Source: an uncultured Pseudomonadota bacterium (GTDB taxonomy: Bacteria; Desulfobacterota; Binatia; Binatales; Binataceae). From it: DNA of 64,000 bases. A program made the position numbers and the translations under genes. Numbering within the stretch: position 1 is the stretch's first letter; the number at the start of each line of letters is the position of its first letter. The DNA lies in NCBI GenBank assembly GCA_963805995.1, contig CAWDWL010000031.1:4663-68662 (forward strand), in the 5' to 3' direction. Below, piece after piece: positions 1-9,969 of the stretch. The notes below the pieces were generated by a model. It was not told where the DNA came from and made no database searches. It saw only the letters and a program-made list of their open reading frames with translations.

Positions 1-703
1 GCGGAAAGAACGCGCGGCCGAAACCACCCTTGAAGATCACCCGGGGCAGCATGTTGAGGAAATGCCCCTGCCCGAAGGCCCCATCGCTGACCGCCTTGAA
101 CAGCGCCTCCGGCGAAACCCCCGCTTTAACGCCCATGGTGAAGGCTTCGGCCAGCACGGCGCTGGTGCATAGCGCGACCTGGTTATGCACCAGCTTGGCG
201 ATTGTACCCGACCCGATCGGCCCGACGTAACTGACCTTGTCGCCGATCGCGGCCAACGCCGGTTCGGCCTTGCGGAATACCGCCTCCTCCCCGCCGGCGA
301 AGACCCCCAGGCTGGCGCGTTTGGCGCCCACCACGCCGCCGCTTACCGGGGCGTCGAGCACGTCAACACCGCGCTCCTTGAAGACGGCGTGAATGCGCCG
401 GATCAGGGTGGGCGAACTGGTGCTGAGATCGACAAAGATCGAACCTGGGCGAATTCCGTGGATAATCCCGCCGGTTCCCAACGCGACCTGCTCGACCTCG
501 CGCGGACCCGGCAGCGAGGTCATGACGACGTCGTTTTCGGCGGCGGCCTGGGCGGGGCTGTCGGCCCACTTTGCGCCGCCGTCCAGATGCGGCGCGGCAA
601 CCTCGCGGCGCACGTCATAAACCGTCACCTGATGGCCGGCCCGCATGATGTTGAGGGCCATCGGACCGCCCATATTGCCCAATCCAATAAATCCTATTCG
701 CAT
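1..703 (-). CDS. NAD(P)-dependent oxidoreductase, 3-hydroxyisobutyrate dehydrogenase family (3' end outside window)
   Basis: Read manually from ATG at 703: MRIGFIGLGNMGGPMALNIMRAGHQ (Rossmann GxGxxG), later LDAPVSGG and AKLVHN. Absent from the ORF track because there is no stop inside the window. Confidence 0.9.
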   Translation of the reverse strand, partial: MRIGFIGLGNMGGPMALNIMRAGHQVTVYDVRREVAAPHLDGGAKWADSPAQAAAENDVVMTSLPGPREVEQVALGTGGIIHGIRPGSIFVDLSTSSPTLIRRIHAVFKERGVDVLDAPVSGGVVGAKRASLGVFAGGEEAVFRKAEPALAAIGDKVSYVGPIGSGTIAKLVHNQVALCTSAVLAEAFTMGVKAGVSPEALFKAVSDGAFGQGHFLNMLPRVIFKGGFGRAFFP

Positions 704-738
704 GGAGTCGCCTCCCCCGGCACGCCCGAGTGACGGTC

Positions 739-892
739 GCAGGGTGTTGAGAAATTAAGGTTAACGGTGTTTGTAGGGATGCTCGCTCTCAACTCCTGTA
801 TATTAAAGATGGCTCCCTTCCTAAATCCTCTCTCCCTTGGAGAAACAAGAGCGAGGGAGCAGGCTGTGAAAATTCCTTTTTCAACGGCCTGC
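739..892. mobile_element. MITE-like element with imperfect terminal inverted repeats
   Basis: GCAGGGTGTTGAGAAA (739-754) versus TTTTTCAACGGCCTGC (877-892), 13/16 complementary. A second left-end-like copy GCAGGCTGTGAAAA lies at 859-872. No coding capacity. Confidence 0.45.
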
Positions 893-940
893 TGGCTGCC
901 AAGCTTAATCCCACGCGGCGCGATTCGCCAAATCCCGTGA

Positions 941-2152
941 TCAGCGATTCTCGCGATGAATAATGCCTTGGCTTTCGAGTTCGCTGATCCGAACGGGTGA
1001 ATAGCCCAAGTAGGTTTGCAAGATCTCCGCATTATGCTCCCCCAGCATCGGCGCCTGCAGGTCCAGCGCCGGGAACAGCGAAAAGCGCAGCGGAGAAGCC
1101 GGCAGCTCCAGGCTCCCGTACACCGGATCCCTGACCGTCGCGACGGTCCCGCGCTCGCGCAGATGTGGATGGTTGACCGCCTCGGCCACCGATAACACCG
1201 GCGAGACCGGGACATGCGCCTCCTCCAGCGCACGCACGGCGTCATCGGCGCCGGGCAGGCTCTGGAGCCATTGCTGGACCATCTCGACCACCCCGTTGCG
1301 CGCGCGTTTCTCGTTGGTGTTAAAGCGTGAATCCTCTGCCAGTTCGGGGCGGCCCATCACCCGGCATAGCGCGGCCCAGTGAATCGTGGTGACCGCGATA
1401 ATCACCAGATATCGGTCCGCGGCCTTGAAAATGCCGGCCGGACAATAAAATGGGTTGTGATTGCCGGACCGGCGCGGGCTGATGGCGCCTTTGGTGGCGC
1501 TGTAAATATGCACGGAGCGGTCGTGGCAATGGAAGTAAACATCCAGTAGGGAGATGTCGAGATACTGGCCGGCGCCGGTGCGCTCGCGATGCAGCAGGGC
1601 AAAGCCGATCGCGCTGGCCGCGTTGGCGCCGGCGTTGATGTCGCCGACGGCGCCGCCGATCCCAACCGGGGGGCCGTCCGCTTCGCCTTGCATATCGAGC
1701 ATCCCGGAGTAGCTCGCGCCGCTGGTATCGAATCCGGGCTTGAGCGCCAGCGGACCCGATTGTCCAAAGCTCGACAGCGAGCACATCACGATTCCTGGAT
1801 TGATCGCCGCCACCGTCTCATAGCCCAGTCCCATTCGTCCGATCACCGCGGGAGTGAAATTCTCGATAAATACGTCCACCTTGGCGATCAAGCCCTTGAG
1901 GATCTCTAGGCCGGCGGGCGTTTTCGGATCGACGCACAGGCTTTTCTTGCCGCGGTTGTGCTGGACGAAGTAAGCGCTGCGGTTACCTTCAAACGTGGCA
2001 TAGGCGCGCCCGCCGTCGCCGCCCGGTGCGATTTCCACCTTGATAACCTCGGCCCCGAGTTCAGCCAGTATCCGCCCGGCCGTCGGGCCGGCCACGAATT
2101 GCGTGAAGTCCAGGACTTTGTATCCGTCCATCACATGCCGCAAAGGAGCCAT
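941..2152 (-). CDS. CoA transferase family III (CaiB/BaiF)
   Basis: VLDFTQFVAGP, NRGKKSL, ENFTP, catalytic-type GDINAG and C-terminal APMLGEHN. Start moved to ATG 2152, which follows a GGGAGG RBS. Confidence 0.92.
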   Translation of the reverse strand: MAPLRHVMDGYKVLDFTQFVAGPTAGRILAELGAEVIKVEIAPGGDGGRAYATFEGNRSAYFVQHNRGKKSLCVDPKTPAGLEILKGLIAKVDVFIENFTPAVIGRMGLGYETVAAINPGIVMCSLSSFGQSGPLALKPGFDTSGASYSGMLDMQGEADGPPVGIGGAVGDINAGANAASAIGFALLHRERTGAGQYLDISLLDVYFHCHDRSVHIYSATKGAISPRRSGNHNPFYCPAGIFKAADRYLVIIAVTTIHWAALCRVMGRPELAEDSRFNTNEKRARNGVVEMVQQWLQSLPGADDAVRALEEAHVPVSPVLSVAEAVNHPHLRERGTVATVRDPVYGSLELPASPLRFSLFPALDLQAPMLGEHNAEILQTYLGYSPVRISELESQGIIHRENR

Positions 2153-2446
2153 CCAGTTCGCCTCCCGGTCGTTTGGCAATTGGAGTCGGACGGCGGCCTT
2201 CGCCGCCGCACTCGTCGCTCCTTATGGCACAACGGCGTGGATTGGCCAAAATATAATGGGTTGTGAAGCAACTGGGTCGGCCCACAGAGTCTCAGGGGCT
2301 GATTCAGGGAGGTCAGTTGGTCATCTATTCCAAACCCGATGGGTCGCGCTACGTCTTTCAAACCGCAACCGGAGGAAAGATCGTCAACACGTCCAGGATC
2401 GGTTGATACTGATACGACGCAGGTCGTGCGCACTGCCCGGTGTACT

Positions 2447-2821
2447 TCAACACAAGCGGCGCTCTGGGGGCTTCGAATTGCGCTTGAGCAATCCTGCCGC
2501 CTTCGTCTCCATCATCGCTATACCGGAGAGCATCACAGGTTCACGGTCCGGAAACTCAGCGATGATGGACAAGCTGCCGCCCATGGCCTCGACATAGCTG
2601 CGCAGAGTGGAAATCAAGAGGTCGCTGCGCTTCTCCAGCTTTGAGATTCCTTCCTGCCCGATATGCAGGGATTTGGCGATGCTCTGCTGGGTCAGCTTGC
2701 GCGCGCGTCGAAGCTGCTGGAGGGTCATCTCCTCGGCGATCAGTTGCGCTGCGCGAGCCTCGACTTTCCTGCGCCGCGCGGGGCTGAGTTTGTTGATGAT
2801 GTCGTCCACGTTCCTGGGCAT
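2447..2821 (-). CDS. XRE-family HTH antitoxin (HigA-like)
   Basis: LQQLRRARKLTQQSIAKSLHIGQEGISKLEKRSDLLISTLRSYVEAMGG HTH; lies directly downstream of the toxin gene. Confidence 0.9.
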   Translation of the reverse strand: MPRNVDDIINKLSPARRRKVEARAAQLIAEEMTLQQLRRARKLTQQSIAKSLHIGQEGISKLEKRSDLLISTLRSYVEAMGGSLSIIAEFPDREPVMLSGIAMMETKAAGLLKRNSKPPERRLC

Positions 2822-2824
2822 GGC

Positions 2825-3187
2825 TTATTTCCGTTCCTTTTTCAACCGTTGAAGATGGGCGTCAAAACGAGCGTCGGCCTTGCGTATCAACTCACGATAG
2901 AACCGCCTTTGGCCTCCACCCGATTTGTCACCCGCGACAAGCAGGATGGCCTCACGCTTGGGATCGAAAGCAAAGGCCACACGCCATTCGCCGCCAGCTG
3001 CGGCGAAGCGCAGCTCTTTCATGTTGGCATGGCGCGAGCCCTCGAGCGTGTCGACGCGCGGGCGACCGAGCTGCGGGCCGAACTGTTGAAGCAGGCGGGC
3101 CACGGCAAGAATCTCAGTCCGCACGTCTTCGTACAGTTGCGCAAATTCCGGCGCGAACTCGTCGGCAACCTCAACGACCCATCTCAC
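2825..3187 (-). CDS. Type II toxin, RelE/ParE (HigB / phage Gp49-like)
   Basis: GPQLGRPRVDTLEGSRHANMKELR...WRVAFAFDPKREAILLVAGDKSG signature. Likely GTG start at 3187; toxin-before-antitoxin order. Confidence 0.9.
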   Translation of the reverse strand: MRWVVEVADEFAPEFAQLYEDVRTEILAVARLLQQFGPQLGRPRVDTLEGSRHANMKELRFAAAGGEWRVAFAFDPKREAILLVAGDKSGGGQRRFYRELIRKADARFDAHLQRLKKERK

Positions 3188-3193
3188 TATCAG

Positions 3194-3222
3194 ACCATGC
3201 CTTTGATTGCATATTCTGTCAA
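3194..3222 (-). promoter_or_regulatory. TA operon promoter with overlapping palindromic operator
   Basis: Minus strand TTGACA-N17-CATGGT just upstream of the GTG. ATGC-N8-GCAT inverted repeat at 3197-3212 spans the spacer and -10 box. Confidence 0.5.
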
Positions 3223-4104
3223 GGGCATAATCCGACCATCCCGCTTCGGCATCACGCTCTGGAGCCCATTGCGCTGGCTTCGTTCGCACATCGTGTTGGT
3301 GCGCAGCCAGTGATCGACCTGAAAGGCGAACTCGTTGGATCGATGGAGCTGGCTATGAAAGCATACAGGTCCAGGCATCTGCCCTGACGCGGGCGCATTA
3401 CCGGGGAACTGGGGCGCGGGATACGATCAGCGCGTGGCAAGACCGAGAAAGACCGGAGTCAAGCGGCCCATGGTCCGCGATGCGGCGACGACCGAGAGCA
3501 ATGCTTTGCGCCGAGCGGCAGGGGCATGGAGGGTTGTGGTTCTCGACGTGGTCGTCGTCGATCGGGAGCTTTACGTATGCCTCGTGGCCATCGTGAAAGA
3601 GGCCCGAGGAGTCTCGACGTGCTGCGGGCGATCAAGCGCGACGGCGCGGACGACGCGTCGATCGAGTTTACGCCCTTGAGTCGCGACTAATCCCGGCGCC
3701 CTCGGCCACCCCGACGTTGCTCGTTACGCGAGCACGTCTCCACGGCATTGCCGTCGTCGACGTCGGCGCCTTTGAGGGCGCGTCGTGCTGGCTAGCTTGA
3801 TGGAGCGCCGGAAACGATGACGGGGTAGCTTTCTCGACGGCGGGACGCAAAACCTAGCAAGACTTGCCACTTTCGGCCCCACTGTCTGAGCGCGGTTCTC
3901 GCGACGCCAGAGCGACACGCTCTCGCGTCTCCAAACGCGTCCTGGCCGTTCCCTGGACGTCCAGTGAGCGTTTCTGGGAGCGCCGTACTTGCTGTTTTCG
4001 CTCTAAGTTACGCGCAGAATGCCGTTTTTCAGGACGTTCAGCTCAATAGGAAGTGGCTTTTTTCCCGACTGGTAGCCATGATGGGCTAAGAGCAGGGACG
4101 CTTT

Positions 4105-5322
4105 ATGGGAACCATACCGGTGCACGAACTGACTGCCTGCGCGTGTGCGCTCGACTCCCTCGACCGTCTGTTGGCGAAATTCAATTTTTTCGTAGCGGTT
4201 GGCGCTGCACGCAACGAAAGTAGACATTCTGATTTTTTGCGGGTTCTCTTAACGCCGACCGAAAGCCACGGGTTGGGCGATCGCTTTCTCAAAAACTTTC
4301 TTCTCCGCGCGCTGAGAGAAGCGCCCGCTGCAAGTCCTGAGTTTCGCCTCGAACTGGCCCGCGCCTCTCTGCAAGACGCGCTTGAAGAAGGTGAGGAGAA
4401 CCGCATTGATTTTCTGATTGTCAATGAGCGTCTGCGTTTTGGCGTCGTAGTGGAAAACAAAGTGGCTACCGGTGAGCACGACAATCAACTGGAACGATAC
4501 TGGTCAGTCATACATTCCCACTACCCCGGACTCGTGCGCCGTTTTGGGGTGCTTCTATCACCAAAGGGAGTCGTCGCGTCACATCACGAGTACAAGGACT
4601 TCGCGTACGGGGAAATTGGAGCCGTCTTGGAGCAGTCAGTTTCAGCCGGAAACGGGAAACTCGACATAGATGCCACAGTCGTCTTGAGTCATTACATGGA
4701 CCTTCTCAGGAGCGAGTTTATGGAAGATGCTGAGGCCGCTGCGGCCGCTTGGACAATTTGGCATGAACACCGCGGCGCGCTTGATTTCGTCAGAAGGAGC
4801 TCTCCTTCGGCGCAACTCTGTGGAGAACTTAAGCGCCTCATCGACCTGACCCCTATATGCGACTACGAAAAGATCAAGGGTCGTGATGCGCCCTATGAAC
4901 TCGCTTTTGTACTTCGTGGTTGGCGCGAAGATCCGCGTGTCGGTGACCCAAGCGGTAGGTCAGGGTACAAGAGCGCCCTTCTGTTTTGGTTCGACGATTT
5001 TCGCGATCAAATAAAATTGTCCCTGGGTGTTTGGCAACGTCGCGCTGAATTGCTCAAGAGACTCACCGACTTGCCCAACAGCGAGGCTGCCTTCCGAGGG
5101 CACAGGTGGCATCGAGAAGATGAATGGTCTGTCATCTGGTCTCGGCTGTTCGTAAGCAGGCAAGACCTAAGAACAAAGACCCGAGACGAGCTTTTCGATC
5201 AGATACGGAAGCGATGGGTGGCGTTTTGTCAAAAGAATCTCGCCGCAATATCATCCGCTGTGTTCAAATGCCTACCAAAGGAAGACAGCAGGCGGGGTCT
5301 CACCAATATTAGAAACCGGTAG
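4105..5322 (+). CDS. PD-(D/E)XK nuclease family protein (PDDEXK_4-like)
   Basis: E-x-x-HS-x-FL...P...HGLGDRFLKNFL, RIDFLI...VVVENKV...EHDNQLERY motifs; composition more AT-rich than the flanks. Confidence 0.85.
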   Translation: MGTIPVHELTACACALDSLDRLLAKFNFFVAVGAARNESRHSDFLRVLLTPTESHGLGDRFLKNFLLRALREAPAASPEFRLELARASLQDALEEGEENRIDFLIVNERLRFGVVVENKVATGEHDNQLERYWSVIHSHYPGLVRRFGVLLSPKGVVASHHEYKDFAYGEIGAVLEQSVSAGNGKLDIDATVVLSHYMDLLRSEFMEDAEAAAAAWTIWHEHRGALDFVRRSSPSAQLCGELKRLIDLTPICDYEKIKGRDAPYELAFVLRGWREDPRVGDPSGRSGYKSALLFWFDDFRDQIKLSLGVWQRRAELLKRLTDLPNSEAAFRGHRWHREDEWSVIWSRLFVSRQDLRTKTRDELFDQIRKRWVAFCQKNLAAISSAVFKCLPKEDSRRGLTNIRNR

Positions 5323-5357
5323 GACCACCGATTAACATGCTTTGAAACCAACTTGCC

Positions 5358-6150
5358 CTAATCGACGACTTTCCTACCCCGCTCGCGTAACTGTCTCACG
5401 TGGTCAGCGCGGAGCGTTTGCAGAAAGTTCCGATCAGCCACCAGCACCTCGTGAGGAAATCGACGACCCGTGAAGTCCCTGATTATCGGCTCGATGTCAA
5501 ACGGATAAGCTCGTGCCCTGAGGTTCTTCATGACCCCGTATGCGAGAAGATCGGCGGCTTGCAACGCGATAAGGTCCTGGTCGTCTCCAAACGTTACACC
5601 ACCGAGTTTGTAGCGCTCTTCAAACGGTTGATAGCTCTTTTGCCTTGACGTATGCAGAGAGTGCGTCGCGGGCGTGTTCATTTCCCTCATCGAACACGAA
5701 AGCGATCTTCTCTGACTTAAGGTGCTCTTCGGCCCACTTGCCACCGAGCCACCAACACCCCGTGCAGGCAACGGTGTACGGTGTGCCCACGCTCTGTTTG
5801 ACGATGTCGGACTTGGGAAAGGTCTCTTTGTAAGCGTCTTTCCAGACAAGAGAAATAAGCGCTGCGTCGGGCCGGGTTTCGTTGGCTTGAAGGACCGATA
5901 GCAGCTCGCGCACGAAAGACTCGCGGGCATTTTCACTATCCCATTTAGTTCCCAGCCTGAATTCATCTGTGCGGTTATAGAATTCGGAGGCGTGAAAATA
6001 CCGAGCGTCGTTATGCGCGAGAACCAGCTTCCAGTTGGTCTCAAATGATTCCCATCGGGCAGTTGGCGCAAGTAGGCCAGCTACGACCAGAACTTGTGAG
6101 GACTCTTCCTTGCCACTCTCATCGCAGTAGGCTCTGAAAACGGTTGTCAT
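5358..6150 (-). pseudogene. DUF3800-family protein (RNase H-like), split by a single frameshift near 5640
   Basis: N-half AYCDESG...VFDEG (ORF 5620..6150) and C-half LQAADLLAY (frame of ORF 5358..6071). Removing one A from GCAAAAGAG (T-run 5638-5641) joins them. Confidence 0.75.
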
Positions 6151-6387
6151 ATACGTTCCTGAATCTTCTTAAGATTCGGCGTCGAGACACTACTCGAAAG
6201 CAATAGTCAACGCTGATGCCCTTATCGCGAACATCTATGCGGATCGGCTAATGGCTATGCGCCCGCTGCCTCGCGTCTGATAGGTTGCGCTATCGGGGAT
6301 ACCGATCACGTGATCAACTGTCGACGGCTACTCTTGAATTTCTCGTATTAAGGATCTCAGCGCACGAGGTATCCAGGCTTTTAGGGT

Positions 6388-7475
6388 TCAACTCAGGCGG
6401 CGCTCTGAGGTGGAATCGAAAAAATGCAGGGCGCGCTGGGGTGCGTATAGCTGGCGCGTCTCGCCGGGCTCGACTGGGTGATCGAGCAGAGCGGTCAACC
6501 CCTGGCCGGCGACGGTCGCGTAGGCGAGGTACCCCGCACCGATAAACTCGACTCGCGTGAAGGTGGCTTCAAAACCGACCGAGTGGCTATCTGGATTGCG
6601 GCTGAGGTCCTCCGGACGTATGCCGAGCAGGACCTCTCCACCAACCCCGGGCGGCAGCTCCAAGGCCAGTTTGTCGCCAATTTCCAGAGCCGGCGGTAGC
6701 GCCTGCGCATCCTTGGTAGCGCCGGCGCGGGGCTCGCGCTGTCGCGCAAGCGGCAACGCAGGATGTTCATCGGCGGCTGACCGATAAAGGTCGCGACGAA
6801 CAGGTTGGCCGGGCGCTGATAGATTTCGGTCGGGGTACCGAGCTGCTCCACGGCGCCGGCGCGCATCACCGCGATCCGATCGCCCAGCGTCAAGGCTTCG
6901 AGCTGATCGTGAGTCACATAGATGATGGTCCTGCCGGTCCGCTTCTGGAACTCCTTGAGCTCCACCCGCAGCCGTCCGCGCAGCTGCGCGTCGAGGCTGG
7001 AAAGCGGTTCGTCCATCAGGATTACGCGCGGCTCGCGGATCAACGCACGGGCCAGCGCGACCCGCTGGCGCTCACCGCCGGAGAGTTCCGCCGGGCGGCG
7101 CCTGAGATCGATTTGCAGCGCCGCCATCGCCGCCGCCTGCGCGACCCGGCGTTCGATCTCGGGCTTTGAAATCCGCCTCAGGCGCAGTGGGAACGCGATA
7201 TTGTCAAACGCCGTCATGTGCGGGTAGAGCGCGTGGCTTTGGAAGACCATCGCGATCAGGTCGCGGCGGTCGGCAACAGCTTGATCGCCGATGCGGATTT
7301 CGCCGCTATCGGGTTGTTCAAGCCCGGCGATCAGGCGCAGCATCGTGCTCTTGCCGCATCCCGAGGGACCGACCAGGACGAACAGCTCGCCGGTCTCCAC
7401 CGTGATCGAGACCTCGTTGAGTCCGCCGCCCGACTTGAAGCGCCGGCTCAGTTGACAAATCTCAAGTTCCGCCAT
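6388..7475 (-). CDS. CUT1 sugar ABC transporter ATP-binding protein (MalK-like), frameshifted near 6730
   Basis: GPSGCGKS, LSGGERQR, ILMDEP and VTHDQ motifs. The C-terminal TOBE region (LLGIRPEDL...HFFD) is in the adjacent frame (ORF 6388..6756). Confidence 0.88.
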
Positions 7476-7511
7476 GGTTTCAAGATCGAGAATCGATTGC
7501 AGCGCGAAGCG

Positions 7512-8384
7512 TTAGCGCTGGGGCCCCGCAATCAGGCCGGCCTTGAGCATCGGCCGCAACGCGATAATCACCGCTACCGCCGGCACCAACATGATCAGCG
7601 CCAGCGCGCTGGCTGGCCCCACGTCACCGAACACCGTGTAGTAGTATAGCAATGGCGGCAGCGTGCGATGCGTTACTTGAATCAGCAGCGCGAAGCCGAA
7701 TTCGTCCCAACTCATGATGAAGCTGAGCACCATCGACGCGGCGATAGCCGCCTGGGCCTGCGCAACGTCAATGGAAAGGAAAATCCGCAACGTCGATGCG
7801 CCGTCCAGAAACGCGGCCTCCTCCTGCTCCAGGGGAATCGCCACGAACGCGCTGTAAACGGTCAGTGCGGTGGTCGGAATGGCGAGGGCGGCGTGGATCA
7901 GGGCCAGACCCATTCCAGTCGCGGTGTCGTAAAGTCCCAGGCGGATCAGAACCAGCGCGAGCGGCAGCGCCACGGCGATCATCGGCAACAGCCGGGCGGC
8001 CGTAAGCGCCGCCATCCCCGTCCGGCGCAGCCGTTCCCGCCGCGCCATCGCATAGGCCAACATCGTTCCAAGCATGGTCGAGAGCACCGCGGCGACGATC
8101 GCTACCCCGGCGCTGAGGAGTAACGCGGAACGCAGCTCGGCCAACGCAAAGACGCTCTTCAGATGCGCCAGGGTGAGGTTGCGGGGGACCCAAAGCACGG
8201 GCCAGGCAAAGCTCGCGAGTTCGGGCGTTAGCGCCTGCTTAATCAGCAGATAAGTCGGAATTACGGCCGCCACGATGACTGCGGCCTCGGTGATAATCGC
8301 GGCCGGACTCAGGCCCGACCTGGAGGAATCGGCGCGCGCGGAGCCGGAAATCGTGGACGGGGGGGTGGCCGCTGCGCGGTTCAT
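7512..8384 (-). CDS. Carbohydrate ABC transporter permease (MalG-like)
   Basis: EEAAFLDGAS EAA loop, hydrophobic helices; ATG 8384 overlaps the upstream stop (ATGA). Confidence 0.88.
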   Translation of the reverse strand: MNRAAATPPSTISGSARADSSRSGLSPAAIITEAAVIVAAVIPTYLLIKQALTPELASFAWPVLWVPRNLTLAHLKSVFALAELRSALLLSAGVAIVAAVLSTMLGTMLAYAMARRERLRRTGMAALTAARLLPMIAVALPLALVLIRLGLYDTATGMGLALIHAALAIPTTALTVYSAFVAIPLEQEEAAFLDGASTLRIFLSIDVAQAQAAIAASMVLSFIMSWDEFGFALLIQVTHRTLPPLLYYYTVFGDVGPASALALIMLVPAVAVIIALRPMLKAGLIAGPQR

Positions 8385-9238
8385 GGCGCCGCCCCGATCA
8401 TGGAAGCGCGGCGCAATGCCAGCCCGGCCAGCGCGGTCAGGACGATGAGCAAGGCGAGGATGACGGACGCCGCCATCGCCAGACGCGGCTCCTGCGCGTC
8501 GGTCCATAGATGATAGGCGTAGGTGGAGATCACCGGCACGCCTTCGACTCCGGTCAGCACCAGCGTGGTGGAAAAGATGCGCATCGCGTCGATGCCGCGC
8601 AGGACCAGCGCCGCGGCCATCGCCGGCGCCAGCAACGGCAGGGTGATATGGCGAAACATCGCCACGGTACCCGCGCCGTCCAACCGCGCGGCTTCGTACA
8701 GTTCGGTCGGGATGGTTTGCAGGCCGGCGACCAGAATCAGCATCACCACCGGCGTCACATGCCAGGCGTCGACCAGGATAACGGTCACGAATGCCAGCGG
8801 CGAGCCCGGCACCAACCATGGCAACGGGGCGACGCCAAGCAGTCCGAGAGCGCCGTTGAGATAACCACGCGGCATGAAGATGTAGCGGGCCACCGCGAGC
8901 AGCACGATTTCGGGAATTGCGAAAGGTAAAATCGCCGCGATATCGGCGATCGCGGCCATCCGCCCGCGGCCTGCGCTCAGCGTCAGCGCCAGTGCGAGGC
9001 CGATTACGAACTCGACTATCAGGCTTCCCGCCGGCACCATCAGATTGCCGGCCACAGCCCGCCAAAAGAACCGGTCGCGCAGCACCATCGCATAGTTGGC
9101 CAGACTCGGCCCCCCGCGCTCAAAAGACAGTGCGACCCCCTGGATGGCGGGGGCGAAAAGCACAACCAGGGCAAACAGAGTTGGGACCGCGGCGAAGATC
9201 CAAAGTGCGAGAGTGGAGCGTCGAGTCGCGGGATTCAT
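8381..9238 (-). CDS. Carbohydrate ABC transporter permease (MalF-like)
   Basis: LQTIPTELYEAARLDGAG...FRHITLPLL EAA motif. Confidence 0.9.
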   Translation of the reverse strand: MNPATRRSTLALWIFAAVPTLFALVVLFAPAIQGVALSFERGGPSLANYAMVLRDRFFWRAVAGNLMVPAGSLIVEFVIGLALALTLSAGRGRMAAIADIAAILPFAIPEIVLLAVARYIFMPRGYLNGALGLLGVAPLPWLVPGSPLAFVTVILVDAWHVTPVVMLILVAGLQTIPTELYEAARLDGAGTVAMFRHITLPLLAPAMAAALVLRGIDAMRIFSTTLVLTGVEGVPVISTYAYHLWTDAQEPRLAMAASVILALLIVLTALAGLALRRASMIGAAP

Positions 9239-9369
9239 GTCGGGTAAATGATTGGGGATTGGCCGCGGCGAACAAATGGCTAGCTGATTCCGGGCACACC
9301 ACCATCAGGGCCGCGCAGTTGACCCGCGTCAACTCCGCCCGGAACCGGATATCCGCCGCGCCGCTGGAT

Positions 9370-9867
9370 CTATTTGTCCAGTGGATGCTTGAATTTCCGA
9401 TCGGGATGGCGGACGGTCATGACCGGACATGGCGCCTTATGTACGACACGGTCCGCGACGCTACCCAACAGGATATGCGCCAGGCCAGTGCGCCCATGCG
9501 TGCCCATCACAATCAGATCCACACCTTCGGACTGCGACGTGGTGAGAATCTCCATGAAGGCGGCGCCCACTCGCAACAGGCTGCGCGCTTTCAGTCCGCT
9601 CTCCCGCAGCCGGTTCACCGTCCGATCCAGTTCGCGCTGAGCGGCCAGGCGCTGCTCCTCGGCAATTCTGCCGATGGTTTCCAGGGCGAGCGGATCGGGA
9701 GTGATGCCCGGCTCCATGCCGAAGCTGACGGGCGCCAATGCCTGAGCCACGTGCAGAACAATGATCTCGGCACTGAACTTGCGCGCGAATTCCTCGGTGT
9801 ATTGAAGAGCGTGGGCGGAGTCTTCGGAAAAGTCGGTCGGCGCGAGAATTTTCGCTATCGTTGGCAT
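9370..9867 (-). CDS. Universal stress protein (UspA family)
   Basis: KILAPTDFS...DLIVMGTHGRTGLAHILLGSVADRVVHKAPCPVMTV. Confidence 0.93.
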   Translation of the reverse strand: MPTIAKILAPTDFSEDSAHALQYTEEFARKFSAEIIVLHVAQALAPVSFGMEPGITPDPLALETIGRIAEEQRLAAQRELDRTVNRLRESGLKARSLLRVGAAFMEILTTSQSEGVDLIVMGTHGRTGLAHILLGSVADRVVHKAPCPVMTVRHPDRKFKHPLDK

Positions 9868-9969
9868 TGAGGGGAAGATACGCCGCGACGCATCGATCGG
9901 CAAGTCCGGCTGGCGCATTAAAGCGGCGGTCCAGGAAAAAACTGGACCAATGGGCGGCTAACGTCCACA

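Noticed and set aside
185-733. 182-aa plus-strand ORF
   Set aside because: Antisense to the 3-hydroxyisobutyrate dehydrogenase-family gene.
2180-6390. Integrase, att sites or prophage boundaries for the accessory islet
   Set aside because: No integrase, tRNA or flanking direct repeat could be found by eye.
5630-6760. Programmed ribosomal frameshifting in the DUF3800 or ABC ATPase genes
   Set aside because: No canonical slippery heptamer or evident stimulatory structure; simple indels are more parsimonious.
8385-9065. N-terminal extension of the 517-aa ORF 7512..9065
   Set aside because: Arg/Gly-rich off-frame read overlapping the upstream permease; true start is 8384.
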